Source: Candidatus Electronema halotolerans (GTDB taxonomy: Bacteria > Desulfobacterota > Desulfobulbia > Desulfobulbales > Desulfobulbaceae). From it: a stretch of 32,000 bases of DNA. The notes beneath the pieces are model-generated. The model worked only from the letters and a program-made list of their open reading frames with translations. It was not told the origin of the DNA and did not search any database. Position numbers and translations under genes: made by a program. The stretch covers positions 990,001 to 1,022,000 of the forward strand of contig OW818675.1 of assembly GCA_942493095.1 (NCBI GenBank). The letters run 5' to 3'. Shown here piece by piece: positions 7,621-18,094 of this stretch. Numbering within the stretch: position 1 is the first letter of the stretch; each line of letters starts with the position of its first letter.

Positions 7621-9932
7621 CAGTCCCCGGAGTCGGCGGCAGAATTGCCGAGCATGTCCTGCACCCGGATTTCCCGCAGCGTCACTTTTCCGGCCACGCC
7701 GGGGAGGATGAAAATGCTGCCGACAAAAGTATCAGGCGTTTCGCCCGTGTGTTTGAGCAGGCCCTTGAAGGGCTGGCCATTGACCTCGGCGACAAAAGAG
7801 CCGCTCTTGGCCGCGCCAACGCCGGCATCCTTAATCCGGGCGGCCAGCCGCACCATTTCGCCGCCTTTGGTTTCCGGCGGCGAGAATTTTGCACTGAGGA
7901 TTTCGGGCGGCTGTGAGTCGCGCAGGATGCTGGTTTTCCAGAAGCCCCGGTTGCCTGCCCGGTCTTCAGCTATCAGCATCAGCTTGTTGTCGCCTTCTGC
8001 CAAGGCAACAGCTTCCTTGAAGCTCTTGCCGGTCAGCTTGACCGCCTTGCCATTCAGGGTCAGCAAGGCCTGTTCAGAAACCGTGCCGCTCAGGGTGATC
8101 TGTCCGGCTGAGGTCACGCGCTCAAGCTCATTGACCTGAATTTTCGGTGGCTGCGGGTCAACAAGCACGTGCAGACGCAGGGTTTCCTGCGCTCCATTCG
8201 GCCCGGCAGCCTCCAGCTCCACCGCATGTTCTCCTTCGTTGAGATGGAGCAGATGCGTGAACCTGCCTGCGGCCTGCACTGCTGTTTTGTTGATTTGCAG
8301 GCGCACACCGGGCAGGAGCTGGCCGGAAATTGTCACCTCTTCCGTCCTGCTGATAATTCGCTCAGGATTGTCAAGCCAGATGAGCTGCTTGTCCTGCCGC
8401 AGGGTCACGGTGCGCTCAACTGTGCTGGTGTTGCCTGCCGCATCCGCAGCTTCGGCCTTGATCACCGTGCTTGTGCCGCTGAGAGCAATGACATGCCGGA
8501 ACTGCCCGTCCGCATCTGGCTTGACTTCCTGCCCGTTAATCCGCAGCCGGGCGGTTTTTTCCACCTCGCCGCGCACTTCGATTTCCTTGTCCGCAGTCAG
8601 TATATCTTTTTCTGGCTGATGCAGCACGAGAAAAGGCGGACGGCTGTCCAGATCAACAAAGAAATTGACAGGTTCCGAACAGGGGCCGGGACAGCCTTCC
8701 TGATCAATGGTTTTGATCTTGAAAAAATAGGCACCGCTGGCCGGGACCTGCCATTGCCAGCTCTGGCCGCTGACCCTGTCAGACGAGAGCAATGCAAGGA
8801 AGTCCGAGCTGCGGCTGATTTCAAGCTGATACTGACTGGCTCTGGCAACTGGTTCCCATTTGAACAGCAGCTGCGCCTCATGCAGCTTCTGCTCCGACTG
8901 CGGACTGATGATCTTCGGCGGAGGCAGGAGTTCGTGCGGCGTGTCAGGTTGCTGACCAGGTTTGACCTTGGTGGCCTGATTCTTTTTCACCGTCACCTGC
9001 GCCCCAGCGGCTTTGATGTCGATTTCGCCGTCATAGTTGGCAATCCGGGTGACGTTTTTCTTGTCGCGGGAGGTGAGAAAACTTCGTGAGCGGACATTCG
9101 TGGTGATGTCAGGCAGATTCACTTTGAACTGCTTCTGCTGATTCAGCGAGGCCAGATGGACAAGAACATCGCCCTTAAACATGGAAACGCTGTTGCTGTA
9201 GGAACTGCGGAGCACATTTTTTTCCATGCTGCCGATCACCACCAGCGCATGTTCATCTAAAGAAAGCTGGCTCTGGTCGCTGAATTTGATCGTGCAGCGG
9301 GATGCAGCCAAGGTGCGGACCCGCTCCAGTTCTTTCAGCTTCTGCTCCATCTCCGTGTCCAGCCAGCGGGAAGCATCTGGCGGTCGGTTCTGCACTGTGC
9401 CGGATTTGGCAGCCAGCCAGGCCTCAGCAGACTGAGTCTGGCTCTGTTTCGCTTTTTCAAAAGCTGCCTGCGCCGCTGTCTCGGCCAAGGCAGCCTGTTT
9501 CACGGCTTCTTTCAGACGAGCTTCTTGCTTGAGGCGCAGGGCCTGATCGCGCAGGCGGACTGCCGCAGCGATTTCCTGCTCTGCCAGCAAGGCTGCGCCT
9601 TCCCGGTTGGCTTCACTGATCAGGAAGGCGGAATGTTCAAGATGCTGGCGCAGCTTGCTGTGCAGAGCCACAGGAAATCGCAGCACCGTGCCTGCGCCAA
9701 CTGCATCAGGATTTTTCAGTCGGTTATAGCGCAGGACAAGCTGCCACGCATCGCCGTCGCCGAGTTGCTGCTCGCTGACCTGCCGCAGGGACTCCCCGGC
9801 CTTGAGTGTAATCTGCACATCGCCATCAGCAGAGGATGCAGCTCCGTTTGGTCGAGAGATGCAGCAACTCAGCAAGATAACCAGAAATATGCTTATGTTT
9901 TTCCCTGACATAGATTTGTTTTTCTCCAGCAC
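7620..9932 (-). CDS. secreted LysM / FecR-like / FN3 / Ig-like repeat protein
   Basis: 770 aa. Signal-like N-terminus ([12 protein letters not shown]) and a LysM-like segment ([39 protein letters not shown]). These are followed by a coiled coil, a FecR-like beta region, and repeated ~85-aa Ig-like modules. The stop overlaps the kinase start by 1 nt (TGATG). Confidence 0.85.
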   Translation of the reverse strand: MLEKNKSMSGKNISIFLVILLSCCISRPNGAASSADGDVQITLKAGESLRQVSEQQLGDGDAWQLVLRYNRLKNPDAVGAGTVLRFPVALHSKLRQHLEHSAFLISEANREGAALLAEQEIAAAVRLRDQALRLKQEARLKEAVKQAALAETAAQAAFEKAKQSQTQSAEAWLAAKSGTVQNRPPDASRWLDTEMEQKLKELERVRTLAASRCTIKFSDQSQLSLDEHALVVIGSMEKNVLRSSYSNSVSMFKGDVLVHLASLNQQKQFKVNLPDITTNVRSRSFLTSRDKKNVTRIANYDGEIDIKAAGAQVTVKKNQATKVKPGQQPDTPHELLPPPKIISPQSEQKLHEAQLLFKWEPVARASQYQLEISRSSDFLALLSSDRVSGQSWQWQVPASGAYFFKIKTIDQEGCPGPCSEPVNFFVDLDSRPPFLVLHQPEKDILTADKEIEVRGEVEKTARLRINGQEVKPDADGQFRHVIALSGTSTVIKAEAADAAGNTSTVERTVTLRQDKQLIWLDNPERIISRTEEVTISGQLLPGVRLQINKTAVQAAGRFTHLLHLNEGEHAVELEAAGPNGAQETLRLHVLVDPQPPKIQVNELERVTSAGQITLSGTVSEQALLTLNGKAVKLTGKSFKEAVALAEGDNKLMLIAEDRAGNRGFWKTSILRDSQPPEILSAKFSPPETKGGEMVRLAARIKDAGVGAAKSGSFVAEVNGQPFKGLLKHTGETPDTFVGSIFILPGVAGKVTLREIRVQDMLGNSAADSGD

Positions 9933-10057
9933 TGCGCAGACAAGAAAAAGTCAAAGCCAGCCTGAAAAGCTGACCTTGCCCGGCTTGTGCTGCTCATAAA
10001 ACTGTATGTGGCAGGGTGCAGGAATGCAATGATTTTTTTGGCCGGGCAGGAGAAAAC

Positions 10058-10795
10058 TCAGGCCAAACTGTTGCGAATGGCGGCGCAGTCGTTGCGGACC
10101 GCAGCCATCAGGCCGTTGTCGGCAAAGCTGAAGACAGTCTCGCCCGCGCCGATGATCAGGTGGTCAAGCAAGTTGATGTTCATGAAGGAACAGAGCAGGA
10201 ACAAGGTGCGGGTGAGCTGCTCGTCCTGCGCTGATGGTTCGCGGCTGCCGGACGGGTGGTTGTGGGCAATGACTAAGGCCGCAGCATTGCGGGCCAAGGC
10301 CGCCTTGAGCAGCTCGCGGGGATAGACCGTGTTGACGTTGACCGTGCCTTCAGAAAGGATTTCGCAGTCAATCACCGCATGGCTGGCATCGAGATAGACA
10401 GCCATGAAAACCTCGCGCCGCAGACCGCGCAGGGCGTGGATGAGATAGTCGGCCACCTCCTTGGACGAGGTGATGTAGCTTTTTTTCTGAATCCGCTGGC
10501 GCAGATAGCGGCGGGCCACGCCTTGGACAAACTGGAGGGCGAAAATGTTTTTCGGCCCCAAACCCCTGATTTTTGCAAGGGCTGCCGGGGGCGCGTCCAG
10601 CACTTCGGGCAGGCTCTTGAACCGCTCCAGTGCCTCTGCCGCTGCCGGGCGGCAGTCTGAGCGCGGGGTGCCAAAGGTCAGGAGCAGCTCAATGACCTCA
10701 GTGTCAGTCAGGGCCTCAATGCCCTTGTCCTGAAAGCGGTCCCGGAGCCGCTGGCGGTGGCCTTCGCCGGGTTTGAGAGAGGATTTGTCGCTCAT
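10058..10795 (-). CDS. radC: RadC-family JAB/MPN domain protein
   Basis: HNHPSGSREPSAQD JAMM motif and an N-terminal HhH-like region. I chose Met22 of track ORF 10058..10858 (MSDKSSLKPGEGHRQRLRDRF...) because it matches typical RadC N-termini. The longer form is possible. Confidence 0.88.
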   Translation of the reverse strand: MSDKSSLKPGEGHRQRLRDRFQDKGIEALTDTEVIELLLTFGTPRSDCRPAAAEALERFKSLPEVLDAPPAALAKIRGLGPKNIFALQFVQGVARRYLRQRIQKKSYITSSKEVADYLIHALRGLRREVFMAVYLDASHAVIDCEILSEGTVNVNTVYPRELLKAALARNAAALVIAHNHPSGSREPSAQDEQLTRTLFLLCSFMNINLLDHLIIGAGETVFSFADNGLMAAVRNDCAAIRNSLA

Positions 10796-11181
10796 GAAAC
10801 GAAACGGCATCTGTTGCAGGGCAAGCTGAACACTTTCTTGTCCTTGCCAACAGAACACAGGAAAAGAAACTCGTCAAGGGAAAGCAGCACTGCCATGCTG
10901 TTGTGGGCAGCAGAATCTACAGAAAAATTTCTTTCGCCCGGCTTTGCCCAGAAAAATGAGTCGTTCGCCCTATTGTTCGGGCGGGAAAAATATGGTTTCC
11001 TGTAAGCGTAAGCAGAAAAAAAAGTTTGTCGTAAAAATCAGGACAGGTTCGTTTTCCTCCCTTCGAGTCAGCTCCGAAGCAGAAAGAACTCAAATCCGGG
11101 GCCAGTGGCCCCGGACAGTCCGTAAGCAAAGACAGTACATCAAGTCAGGCAAAAAATCAGCAACCCCAAGCAGAGTGAGCC

Positions 11182-11424
11182 ATGAATATGCAAACCCAGC
11201 CTATGATCCGCAGAACCTACAACTGTCCGGCAGCCAACAAGCGTGTGCAGGTGCAAATCAAACAGGATGCCCAGAGCCGGAACGACTGTCCTGTCTGCCG
11301 CCAGCCGCAGTCCTGCTCCAGCGTCGGCGAATGCAGCTGCGGAGTGGTGCAGATTCTCTTTGGCATGACATACTCAGTTGACTGGAAAAAATGCCAGCTC
11401 TACTCACAGATAACCGAGCAATGA
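11182..11424 (+). CDS. hypothetical small Cys-rich protein (80 aa, zinc-ribbon-like)
   Basis: CP..(19)..CPVC plus C..C.C cysteines. Third-position GC resembles that of neighbouring genes. A strong plus-strand terminator lies 58 nt downstream. The RBS is weak. Confidence 0.45.
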   Translation: MNMQTQPMIRRTYNCPAANKRVQVQIKQDAQSRNDCPVCRQPQSCSSVGECSCGVVQILFGMTYSVDWKKCQLYSQITEQ

Positions 11425-11481
11425 GCCAGTCGGCTGTCAAGCCGCTCTGACTGAAAACCAGATTCCATAAGCCTCCTCTCC

Positions 11482-11529
11482 GGCTGCCGCAGTCACACCT
11501 CTCCTCTTCCTGCGGCAGCCGTTTTTTTA
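11482..11529 (+). terminator. rho-independent terminator
   Basis: GGCTGCCGCAG-17 nt loop-CTGCGGCAGCC followed by GTTTTTTTA. Confidence 0.8.
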
Positions 11530-11561
11530 TTTCCCCGCACCCTTGGGCCTTGCTCAGGGAT

Positions 11562-11831
11562 TCAAGCCGCTGCTGAGGAATCAGCCGGGCGGCCCTCGCA
11601 GAGAAACAGCTCGTGATACTCCTCCTCCTCCAGATGTTTACGGAGAATGCCTGTCACTGTATCGACAAGCTGCATGATATCCTCGTCAGCAAGCCGGGGA
11701 ATCAAGGTGCGCAGCAGCTCATCCCGGCTGAACTGGCGGAGGAATGCCGCCAGCGACCGCTCATCTGTGTCCCGGTCCAAGCCAAAGCAGATCCGGGCAA
11801 ACTCAATTTCCGCCACTTCTTCATTCATCAT
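11562..11831 (-). CDS. hypothetical acidic protein (89 aa)
   Basis: Its start overlaps the yjbQ stop (ATGA at 11828-11831), implying co-translation. I recognise no family. Confidence 0.6.
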   Translation of the reverse strand: MMNEEVAEIEFARICFGLDRDTDERSLAAFLRQFSRDELLRTLIPRLADEDIMQLVDTVTGILRKHLEEEEYHELFLCEGRPADSSAAA

Positions 11832-12229
11832 CCTGTCACCACCTGCCAGAAGACCTTGCGGCTTCGCGGCCCGTCGTATTCACAAAAAAAGATGCGCTGC
11901 CACGTGCCCAGCCGGATTTCGCCTTTGGCAATGAGCACGGTGACAGAGCTGCCGGTAAGCGTTGCCAGCGCATGGGCAGGCGAGTTGCCTTCCGCATGGC
12001 GGCAGGGATAGGACTGCGGCGCCAGCTGCCGGAACAGGCCGAGCAGGTCGTGCCGCACTGCCGGGTCGCAGCCCTCGTTAATGGTCAGCCCGGCAGTGGT
12101 GTGCGGATTGAAGAGACAGAGCAGCCCTTCCGCCGCGCCTGCCTCCTTGACCGCCTGCCGAGCCTGCTCTGTGATATCCACAAACTCCGCTGCGGAGCTT
12201 GTGGACAGGGTGAAGGTTCCTGACCGCAT
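11828..12229 (-). CDS. yjbQ: YjbQ/UPF0047 family protein (secondary thiamine-phosphate synthase)
   Basis: 133 aa. The FVDIT...NPHTTAGLTINE...H..A.L.G.S..V....G.L.LGTWQ.I...E.DGPR.R pattern is typical of UPF0047. Confidence 0.85.
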   Translation of the reverse strand: MRSGTFTLSTSSAAEFVDITEQARQAVKEAGAAEGLLCLFNPHTTAGLTINEGCDPAVRHDLLGLFRQLAPQSYPCRHAEGNSPAHALATLTGSSVTVLIAKGEIRLGTWQRIFFCEYDGPRSRKVFWQVVTG

Positions 12230-12238
12230 CAGCCAGTC

Positions 12239-12679
12239 TTATTGGAGCTGCCAGTTGCCGTAGTTGTCACGGCAGGCGGTGCTGTAGGTTCTTTCAGTTT
12301 TACCGTCAATGATCGCAACAATCTCCGCTCTGCGGCAGGGCTGATCGTTCGGGCCGTTGTAGGAAGCCTGCGGAGTTACAGTATATTGATTGTGGCTGTC
12401 CGGGTTGCTCCACGCCACAGGCTGTCCTGACTGGCCGGTTTCATAGGCCATGTTGAGCTGCTGCTGGTCGAACTTGTCCATTTCATTGCCGACAATATAG
12501 CCGAGCATGCCGCCCACTGCCGCGCCGATCAAGGTGGCACCGGTGTTCTTGCCAATGGCCTGACCGGCAATGGCACCTGCTGCCGCGCCTCCCACGCCGC
12601 CCATCTGGGCTTTGTTGGCCATGCAGGATGAGAGCAGAAGAAGAGAGAGAGCGGCGGCCATGCAATGTGCTTTTTTCAT
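12239..12679 (-). CDS. lipoprotein with glycine-zipper domain (17-kDa surface-antigen-like)
   Basis: Start is taken at the internal Met (MKKAHCMAAALSLLLLSSC lipobox), with GGAG 6 nt upstream. Gly-zipper GGVGGAAAGAIAGQAIG...GAAVGGMLGYIVG. Confidence 0.85.
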   Translation of the reverse strand: MKKAHCMAAALSLLLLSSCMANKAQMGGVGGAAAGAIAGQAIGKNTGATLIGAAVGGMLGYIVGNEMDKFDQQQLNMAYETGQSGQPVAWSNPDSHNQYTVTPQASYNGPNDQPCRRAEIVAIIDGKTERTYSTACRDNYGNWQLQ

Positions 12680-12964
12680 GAAATTCTCCAGATTAGTGGA
12701 TGTTGGGCAGGACGGCGGGCTGCTTGCGCAGGCGCCGTCATCTGCGGAGAATGCTGCTTGGAAAATATTTACAGGCAATTATACCACAGGCAGGCTGATC
12801 TTTTCAATCTCAATGCGTTGTTCCCTCTGCCGGAAGATCGGCCGGACACGGAACGAGAAAATTCTTTGCTGAAAAGATGTTTTGCGCTAATCTGTCCTGC
12901 TGGCGGAGAGCAGCGGCAGCACTGCCGCACGTCTTGGTGAACAGGTGATTCCAAGGAGACCGCA

Positions 12965-15037
12965 GTGAAAGCAGGGGTGGAGCCGTCATCCTTTGTCAGC
13001 ACCGTCCAGACCGCCCAGCTACTCAAACAGCTGCGCAGCCTTGCTGGCGATCAGGCGCAGGAGCTGACCCTGCTGCGGGATGACTTTGCCGATCCAGAGG
13101 AGCTGGCCCGGCTCTATGTTGAGCCGCATCTCCAAGAGCGCAGTCCGGGCGGACAGGAAGGCGTGCCGCCGCCCGTGCCGCGTCAGCCTGCTTTTGCCCT
13201 GCTTAATCAATTTCTTGGCAGCGGCCCGCTTCAGACCGAAGACAGCAGTCATCAGCTTTTTCTTCTCGGCGAAGCAGGCTGTGGCAAGACATCCCTGCTC
13301 CTGCTGCTCAAGCTGCTTTTTCTGAGCGGCTCATGGCCGCAGAACTGCCGCTGCGAGCTGTTCCGAATTGGCCCGGAGACTCTTGCCCAGCTGGCGGCAG
13401 TGGCAAGAAAAAGCGAGACCATCCTGCTGCTTGACGGGCTGAATCATGACCGGGCTGCCAGCAGACGCTTGCGGGAGCGGCTGCTGGAGCTGCTGGAGGC
13501 AGGCGCGGAATTCCGCCGGGTGATCGTGACCTGCCGCACTCATTTTTTTCCGGGCATCAAAATTGACCGGGCAGGCCGTCAGGTTATTCAGGGACTGGAG
13601 GGCTATAACTGTCCCGTGCTCCATCTCTCGCCCTTTGACAGCCAGCAGATGCAGGAGTTGCTCCGCAGGCAGCTTGTCGCCCGCAGCGGCTATCTGGGCC
13701 TGCAAGGTTTTGGCGCAGGCCGCCAGCGGCTGCGAGACGCATTCGAGTTTGCCGGACAGAGTCCTCTGCTCCGGCAGAGTCCGCTGTTTCTCCGCCATGT
13801 CGGGATGCTCTTGGCTGCGGATGCAGGCCCGGCGCAAGATATCCGCAGCCTCTGCCACGCGCTCTTTCAGCAATGGCTGCAGCATCTGCAAAAGGTGCTG
13901 CCAGACAATCCGCAGCTGCCAGACTGTGCGGCAATGCGCAGGACCTGCATCAAGCTCGCCTGCTGGCTGGAGAAGCTGAACAGGAACGTCATCACCGCGC
14001 CGGAGCTGCAAAAACTGTTTTGCCGGAACAGGCCCCATTGCTGGCTGGAGCTGATACCGCCGGATCAGGATGCGCTGCTGGAAAAAAAATCCAATGGCAG
14101 CATCCGCTTCCGGCACCCAATCTTTCGCGAGTTTCTCCTGGCCTGCGCCCTGAAAGAGGAGCCGCCGCCCTTTCCAGTGCGGGCCACAGATATGCTGGTT
14201 CATTTTCTGGAGCTGGCCGGAGGCATCTCTCAGCACCTGAACGGATTGGATTTTGCCAATTTTCATCCGCACCGGTATGTGGAGCGGCATGGTGCGCGCT
14301 TGGTCTGGCAGGAGCAGTTCAGCAGCAAAAGGGGCAGGGCGCAGCGCGGGCCGGAGCTGATCATGCTGCCTGGAGGCCGTTTTCTGATGGGCGACCAGTC
14401 AGGCCAAGGTCAGGACAATGCCCGGCCTGTTCATGCAGTGGAATTGGACAGCTTCGGCTTATGCCGCTTTCCAGTCACTTTTGCGGAATATGATGAGTTC
14501 TGCTTGGCAACAGGCCGGGCCAGGCCGCCTGATAACGGCTGGGGCCGCGCCCAAAGACCGGTGATCAATGTCAGCTGGCAGGATGCGGTTGACTACTGCG
14601 CCTGGCTGATCCGGCAGACTGGCAGGCATTACCGCCTGCCCACTGAGGCGGAGTGGGAATACGCCTGCCGGGCTGGCAGCAGGACTGACTACTGCTTTGG
14701 CGATGATTCTGAACAGCTCGAAGGCTATGCCTGGCATGTCCGCAATTCGGAGCGGCAGACGCAGCCAGTGGGCGGCAGAAAGGCCAATGCCTGGGGCCTG
14801 CATGACATGCACGGCAATGTCTGGGAGTGGTGCGCGGACTGGTATGCCAAAGACTGTTACATCCATGAGCCGATGCGGAATCCGTTTGGAGCTGGTGCGG
14901 AACATGGGGCAGGCCGGGTCCTGCGCGGCGGCTCTTGGGACAGCAGTGCCAAGTTTGTCGCCTCGCATTTTCGCTTCTGCCTCTCGCCGGGCCTGAGCAT
15001 AGTCCGGGCTGGCTTCCGCGTCGCCTTGGGAGCCTGA
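12965..15037 (+). CDS. NACHT-like P-loop NTPase fused to a C-terminal FGE-sulfatase (SUMF1/EgtB/PvdO-type) domain
   Basis: 690 aa from a GTG start. Walker A GEAGCGKTS and Walker B ILLLDGLNHD are present. The C-terminal ~235 aa carry RLPTEAEWEYACRAG, HGNVWEWCADWY and RVLRGGSWDS. The FGE catalytic Cys pair after RGGSW is absent. Confidence 0.88.
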   Translation: MKAGVEPSSFVSTVQTAQLLKQLRSLAGDQAQELTLLRDDFADPEELARLYVEPHLQERSPGGQEGVPPPVPRQPAFALLNQFLGSGPLQTEDSSHQLFLLGEAGCGKTSLLLLLKLLFLSGSWPQNCRCELFRIGPETLAQLAAVARKSETILLLDGLNHDRAASRRLRERLLELLEAGAEFRRVIVTCRTHFFPGIKIDRAGRQVIQGLEGYNCPVLHLSPFDSQQMQELLRRQLVARSGYLGLQGFGAGRQRLRDAFEFAGQSPLLRQSPLFLRHVGMLLAADAGPAQDIRSLCHALFQQWLQHLQKVLPDNPQLPDCAAMRRTCIKLACWLEKLNRNVITAPELQKLFCRNRPHCWLELIPPDQDALLEKKSNGSIRFRHPIFREFLLACALKEEPPPFPVRATDMLVHFLELAGGISQHLNGLDFANFHPHRYVERHGARLVWQEQFSSKRGRAQRGPELIMLPGGRFLMGDQSGQGQDNARPVHAVELDSFGLCRFPVTFAEYDEFCLATGRARPPDNGWGRAQRPVINVSWQDAVDYCAWLIRQTGRHYRLPTEAEWEYACRAGSRTDYCFGDDSEQLEGYAWHVRNSERQTQPVGGRKANAWGLHDMHGNVWEWCADWYAKDCYIHEPMRNPFGAGAEHGAGRVLRGGSWDSSAKFVASHFRFCLSPGLSIVRAGFRVALGA

Positions 15038-15046
15038 TGCAGTGCG

Positions 15047-16066
15047 CTACAGCGTAGCCGCCAGCGCGTTGATATGGCTGCCCTGACCAAGCACGATCAG
15101 GATGTCGCCTGCCATGACCTTGGTGTCTGAGCCGGGATTGAAGATCATTGGCGAGGCTGCCCGCTTGATGGCCACGACAATGATGCCGTACTGCTGCCTC
15201 AAGCCGGTTTCAATCAGGGTTTTGCCGACGCAGGCCGCCTGGCCGCTGACCACCAGCTCCTCCATGCGCAGGCCGAGATCACCGACCTGCATGGCCAGAT
15301 CGAGAAAATCAACCACCGTAGGCCGGACAATGAGCTGGGCCATGCGCCGGGCGCCAATGGAATAGGGCGAAATCACCCGGGTGGCTCCGGCCCGCTTCAG
15401 TTTTTTGTCTGCCCCGGAAATGCCGCTGGACCGGGCCAGAATAAAGAGCTTCTGGTTCAGCTCCCGCGCAGTCAGGGTGATATAGACATTCTTCTCATCC
15501 GAGGACACGGCAGTCACCAGACCACGGGACTCCAGTATTCCGGCAGCAAGGAGAATCTCGTCATCTGCCGCGTCCCCTTTGAGAAAGGGATAGCCAAGGC
15601 GGCTGATCGCCTCAATGACATTGTCCTCATGTTCAATGACGACAAAGGCGCGGCAGTTTTCCTGAAGGATGGAGCAGATTTCCTGACCAATGCGGCCAAA
15701 GCCGCAGATGATGTAATGGTGACGCATCTGGGTGATTGTTTTGTCCATCTTCCGTCGTTCGGCAAAATGCTGCAAGCCGCCCTCAACCATAGCCTCCGTG
15801 ATCTGGCTGAAAATGTACATCACATAGCCTGCCCCGGAAAAGACCAGGAGCACGGTGAAGACCCGTCCGCCTGTGGTCGCCGGAGCAATGTCGCCGTAAC
15901 CGACCGTGGTGATGGTGATCACAGTCAGATACAGGCCGCTGAGGAAGCTGGTCCCTTCAAAAAGCATGTAGCCGGAAGGGCCGATGGTGAGCAGAAGCAG
16001 CAGGGGCAGGGAAAGCAGCAGATAACGGCACCGCTCCGGTGTCTTTTCCAGCCAGCGTCGCACCAT
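15047..16066 (-). CDS. two-TM potassium channel with RCK (TrkA-N/TrkA-C) gating domains
   Basis: Selectivity filter TTVGYGD, Rossmann-type ICGFGRIGQ, and a C-terminal TrkA-C-like segment. Confidence 0.92.
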   Translation of the reverse strand: MVRRWLEKTPERCRYLLLSLPLLLLLTIGPSGYMLFEGTSFLSGLYLTVITITTVGYGDIAPATTGGRVFTVLLVFSGAGYVMYIFSQITEAMVEGGLQHFAERRKMDKTITQMRHHYIICGFGRIGQEICSILQENCRAFVVIEHEDNVIEAISRLGYPFLKGDAADDEILLAAGILESRGLVTAVSSDEKNVYITLTARELNQKLFILARSSGISGADKKLKRAGATRVISPYSIGARRMAQLIVRPTVVDFLDLAMQVGDLGLRMEELVVSGQAACVGKTLIETGLRQQYGIIVVAIKRAASPMIFNPGSDTKVMAGDILIVLGQGSHINALAATL

Positions 16067-16069
16067 TGT

Positions 16070-18094
16070 TCACCATTCAACCCGCAGGATGTTTTCCAGC
16101 GCGTCCGCCTTGGCGATCCGCACTCTGATGCCGTCGCCCGGCTCGGCCCGCAGAGATGGATTGACCGGCAGATCAACATCAAAGAGGCAGTCCAAGAGCA
16201 ATGCGCTGACCCGCTGCGCTCCGCTGCTGACCACCAAGGCGGGCAATGCTCTGCCGACCTGCTCCTCCAGCCAGCGCAAAATCCAGTAGCGGTGCCGCTG
16301 CTGGCGGACCTTGTTGGCCCGCATGAGTTTTTCTTGGATGATGCCGACGAATTTCCGGCATTCATCGGCAGAGAAGAGCGCGCCCTTGCCGCTGATCAGG
16401 CTGGTGATCTGCATCTGCACAGCCGTGTCCAATATCCGGCGGATCGGCGACGTGACGGTGGTGTAGCAGTTGAGGCCAAGGCCGGAATGCGGCTTGGGAT
16501 TGATGGTCAGCTCGCCTCTGGACAGGAAGCGCCGCTGGCAGGCAATGTCAGCCAGACTGTTCTGCACCCCGGAGATCAGCCGCTTCTTGGGCGGCGGCTG
16601 CGAGCGGAACAGGGCCGGGGCTTCCTGGGCGGCGAGAAAGTCAGCGGCAAGGCCATTGGCAAGAATCATGCACTCCGCGACAATGCTGCGGCCCGGCGTG
16701 TCTGACGGGCTGAGGGAGACCGAGACCCTGCCGCTGTCAATAGTGACCGTGACATCAGGCAGGTTGAGCAGGAGCGCGCCCTGGTCGGCCCGCTTTTGGC
16801 GGAGCTGCAGCTGGAGCTGGTTGAGCAGGCGCAGGCCGTGATCCTCCGCAATCATCTGGTCAGCTTCGCTGTAGGAGAGCTGCCGTTTGACCTGAATGAC
16901 GCTGAGAACAATTCTGCTGCTCAGAATGTCTCCGGCAGGAGAGAAATTGACCAAACAGCTCACCGCAGGCCGGACCCGGTCTTTAATCAGGCTGAACAAG
17001 CCTTGCGACAGCTCACGCGGCATCATCGGCACCTGCTCTTCCGGGAAGTAGAGCGAGGTGGCCCGCTCCAGACTTTCCTCAAAAAGCGGATCCTTGGGAC
17101 TGAGAAAATAGCTGACATCCGAGACATGAATGCCGACTTGGAGGCTGCCGTCCTCCTGCGGTGCAACATGGAGCGCGTCGTCGTAGTCACGGGTCGAGCT
17201 GCCGTCAATGGTGAAGGTGTCCAAGTGCCGGAAGTCCTTGCGCTTGGGATCAGCCAGTAGCTCCTCGGCTGTGGGTTCACGGAAGGCGGCGGCATGGGCG
17301 ATCAGCTCTGGGCTGAACTCGACCGGCTGCTCGGCTTGGAGCAGGGCGATGTTTTCATCCGGCTGCCAGACTCCGGCCTGCACCAGCAGCCGGTACGGGT
17401 CGCTGGGCCGAGTCAGGCCGGCGTTTTTCAGGAGCAGGCGCACCAGCTCCTGATCGCAGGCCGCCGCTTCGCTGCCAAACAGGGCAAAGTCGGCAATCCA
17501 AGCAAAAATTCGATCGCGCTCCGGCCATTCCTCCGCAGAAACCGGCTGCCCCTGCATGATTGCCTGCAGATTGGCCGCGCCGGTCTTGAGCAGCTCCTCC
17601 CGCTCCTGCTCCTTCTGCCGCTGGAGGCGGAGCTGTTCGACCTGCTCCGGGCTGTGGACGCTGACCATCTCGTTTTTGTATTTGAAAAAAAGCCGGTCTT
17701 CAAACACGGCCCGGAGAAAGGCGGCAGAATGATCATCGCTCAGGCTGCCGCCAAAGGACAGCTCGGCAAGAAAATCCGCTGGAAAAGCAGGCTGCTTCTC
17801 AGCGCTGGCCAGCTCCCAGATTTCCTCCAGCGGAATGCTGTCGGTCAGGGCCGCCCGCCGGTCAGCCGCTTCTCTGAGCAGGGCCATCCGGTCTTCGCGG
17901 CTGCCGTCGGTCAGATGCCTCTGCTTGGAGACGGTCAGAACACGGGAGGCGGGCAGGAGCATCTCCCGACCGTTTTGATTGAAGAGACGCAGGCGGTTGC
18001 CGCTGTTCTGCAGGACCAGACCGCAGACAAAACGTCCGCCGTCAATATATTCAATAATGCTTCCAGGAGCAGTCATGGCTGTTTGTGTGGGCAA
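16070..18094 (-). CDS. RNB-domain exoribonuclease (RNase II/R family)
   Basis: 674 aa. [17 protein letters not shown] and [16 protein letters not shown] motifs, plus a C-terminal S1-like region. Its stop lies 3 nt before the K+ channel start. Confidence 0.9.
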   Translation of the reverse strand: MPTQTAMTAPGSIIEYIDGGRFVCGLVLQNSGNRLRLFNQNGREMLLPASRVLTVSKQRHLTDGSREDRMALLREAADRRAALTDSIPLEEIWELASAEKQPAFPADFLAELSFGGSLSDDHSAAFLRAVFEDRLFFKYKNEMVSVHSPEQVEQLRLQRQKEQEREELLKTGAANLQAIMQGQPVSAEEWPERDRIFAWIADFALFGSEAAACDQELVRLLLKNAGLTRPSDPYRLLVQAGVWQPDENIALLQAEQPVEFSPELIAHAAAFREPTAEELLADPKRKDFRHLDTFTIDGSSTRDYDDALHVAPQEDGSLQVGIHVSDVSYFLSPKDPLFEESLERATSLYFPEEQVPMMPRELSQGLFSLIKDRVRPAVSCLVNFSPAGDILSSRIVLSVIQVKRQLSYSEADQMIAEDHGLRLLNQLQLQLRQKRADQGALLLNLPDVTVTIDSGRVSVSLSPSDTPGRSIVAECMILANGLAADFLAAQEAPALFRSQPPPKKRLISGVQNSLADIACQRRFLSRGELTINPKPHSGLGLNCYTTVTSPIRRILDTAVQMQITSLISGKGALFSADECRKFVGIIQEKLMRANKVRQQRHRYWILRWLEEQVGRALPALVVSSGAQRVSALLLDCLFDVDLPVNPSLRAEPGDGIRVRIAKADALENILRVEW

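Noticed and set aside
10009-10020. Sigma-54-like TGGCAGGGTGCA upstream region
   Set aside because: The GG-to-GC spacing does not fit the TGGCAC-N5-TTGCW consensus. It is also on the plus strand with no plus-strand gene downstream.
10944-11381. 145-aa ORF overlapping the small Cys-rich ORF in another frame
   Set aside because: It has a low-complexity basic/Ser-rich translation and no RBS. The 80-aa frame shows the more gene-like third-position GC bias. Neither is proven.
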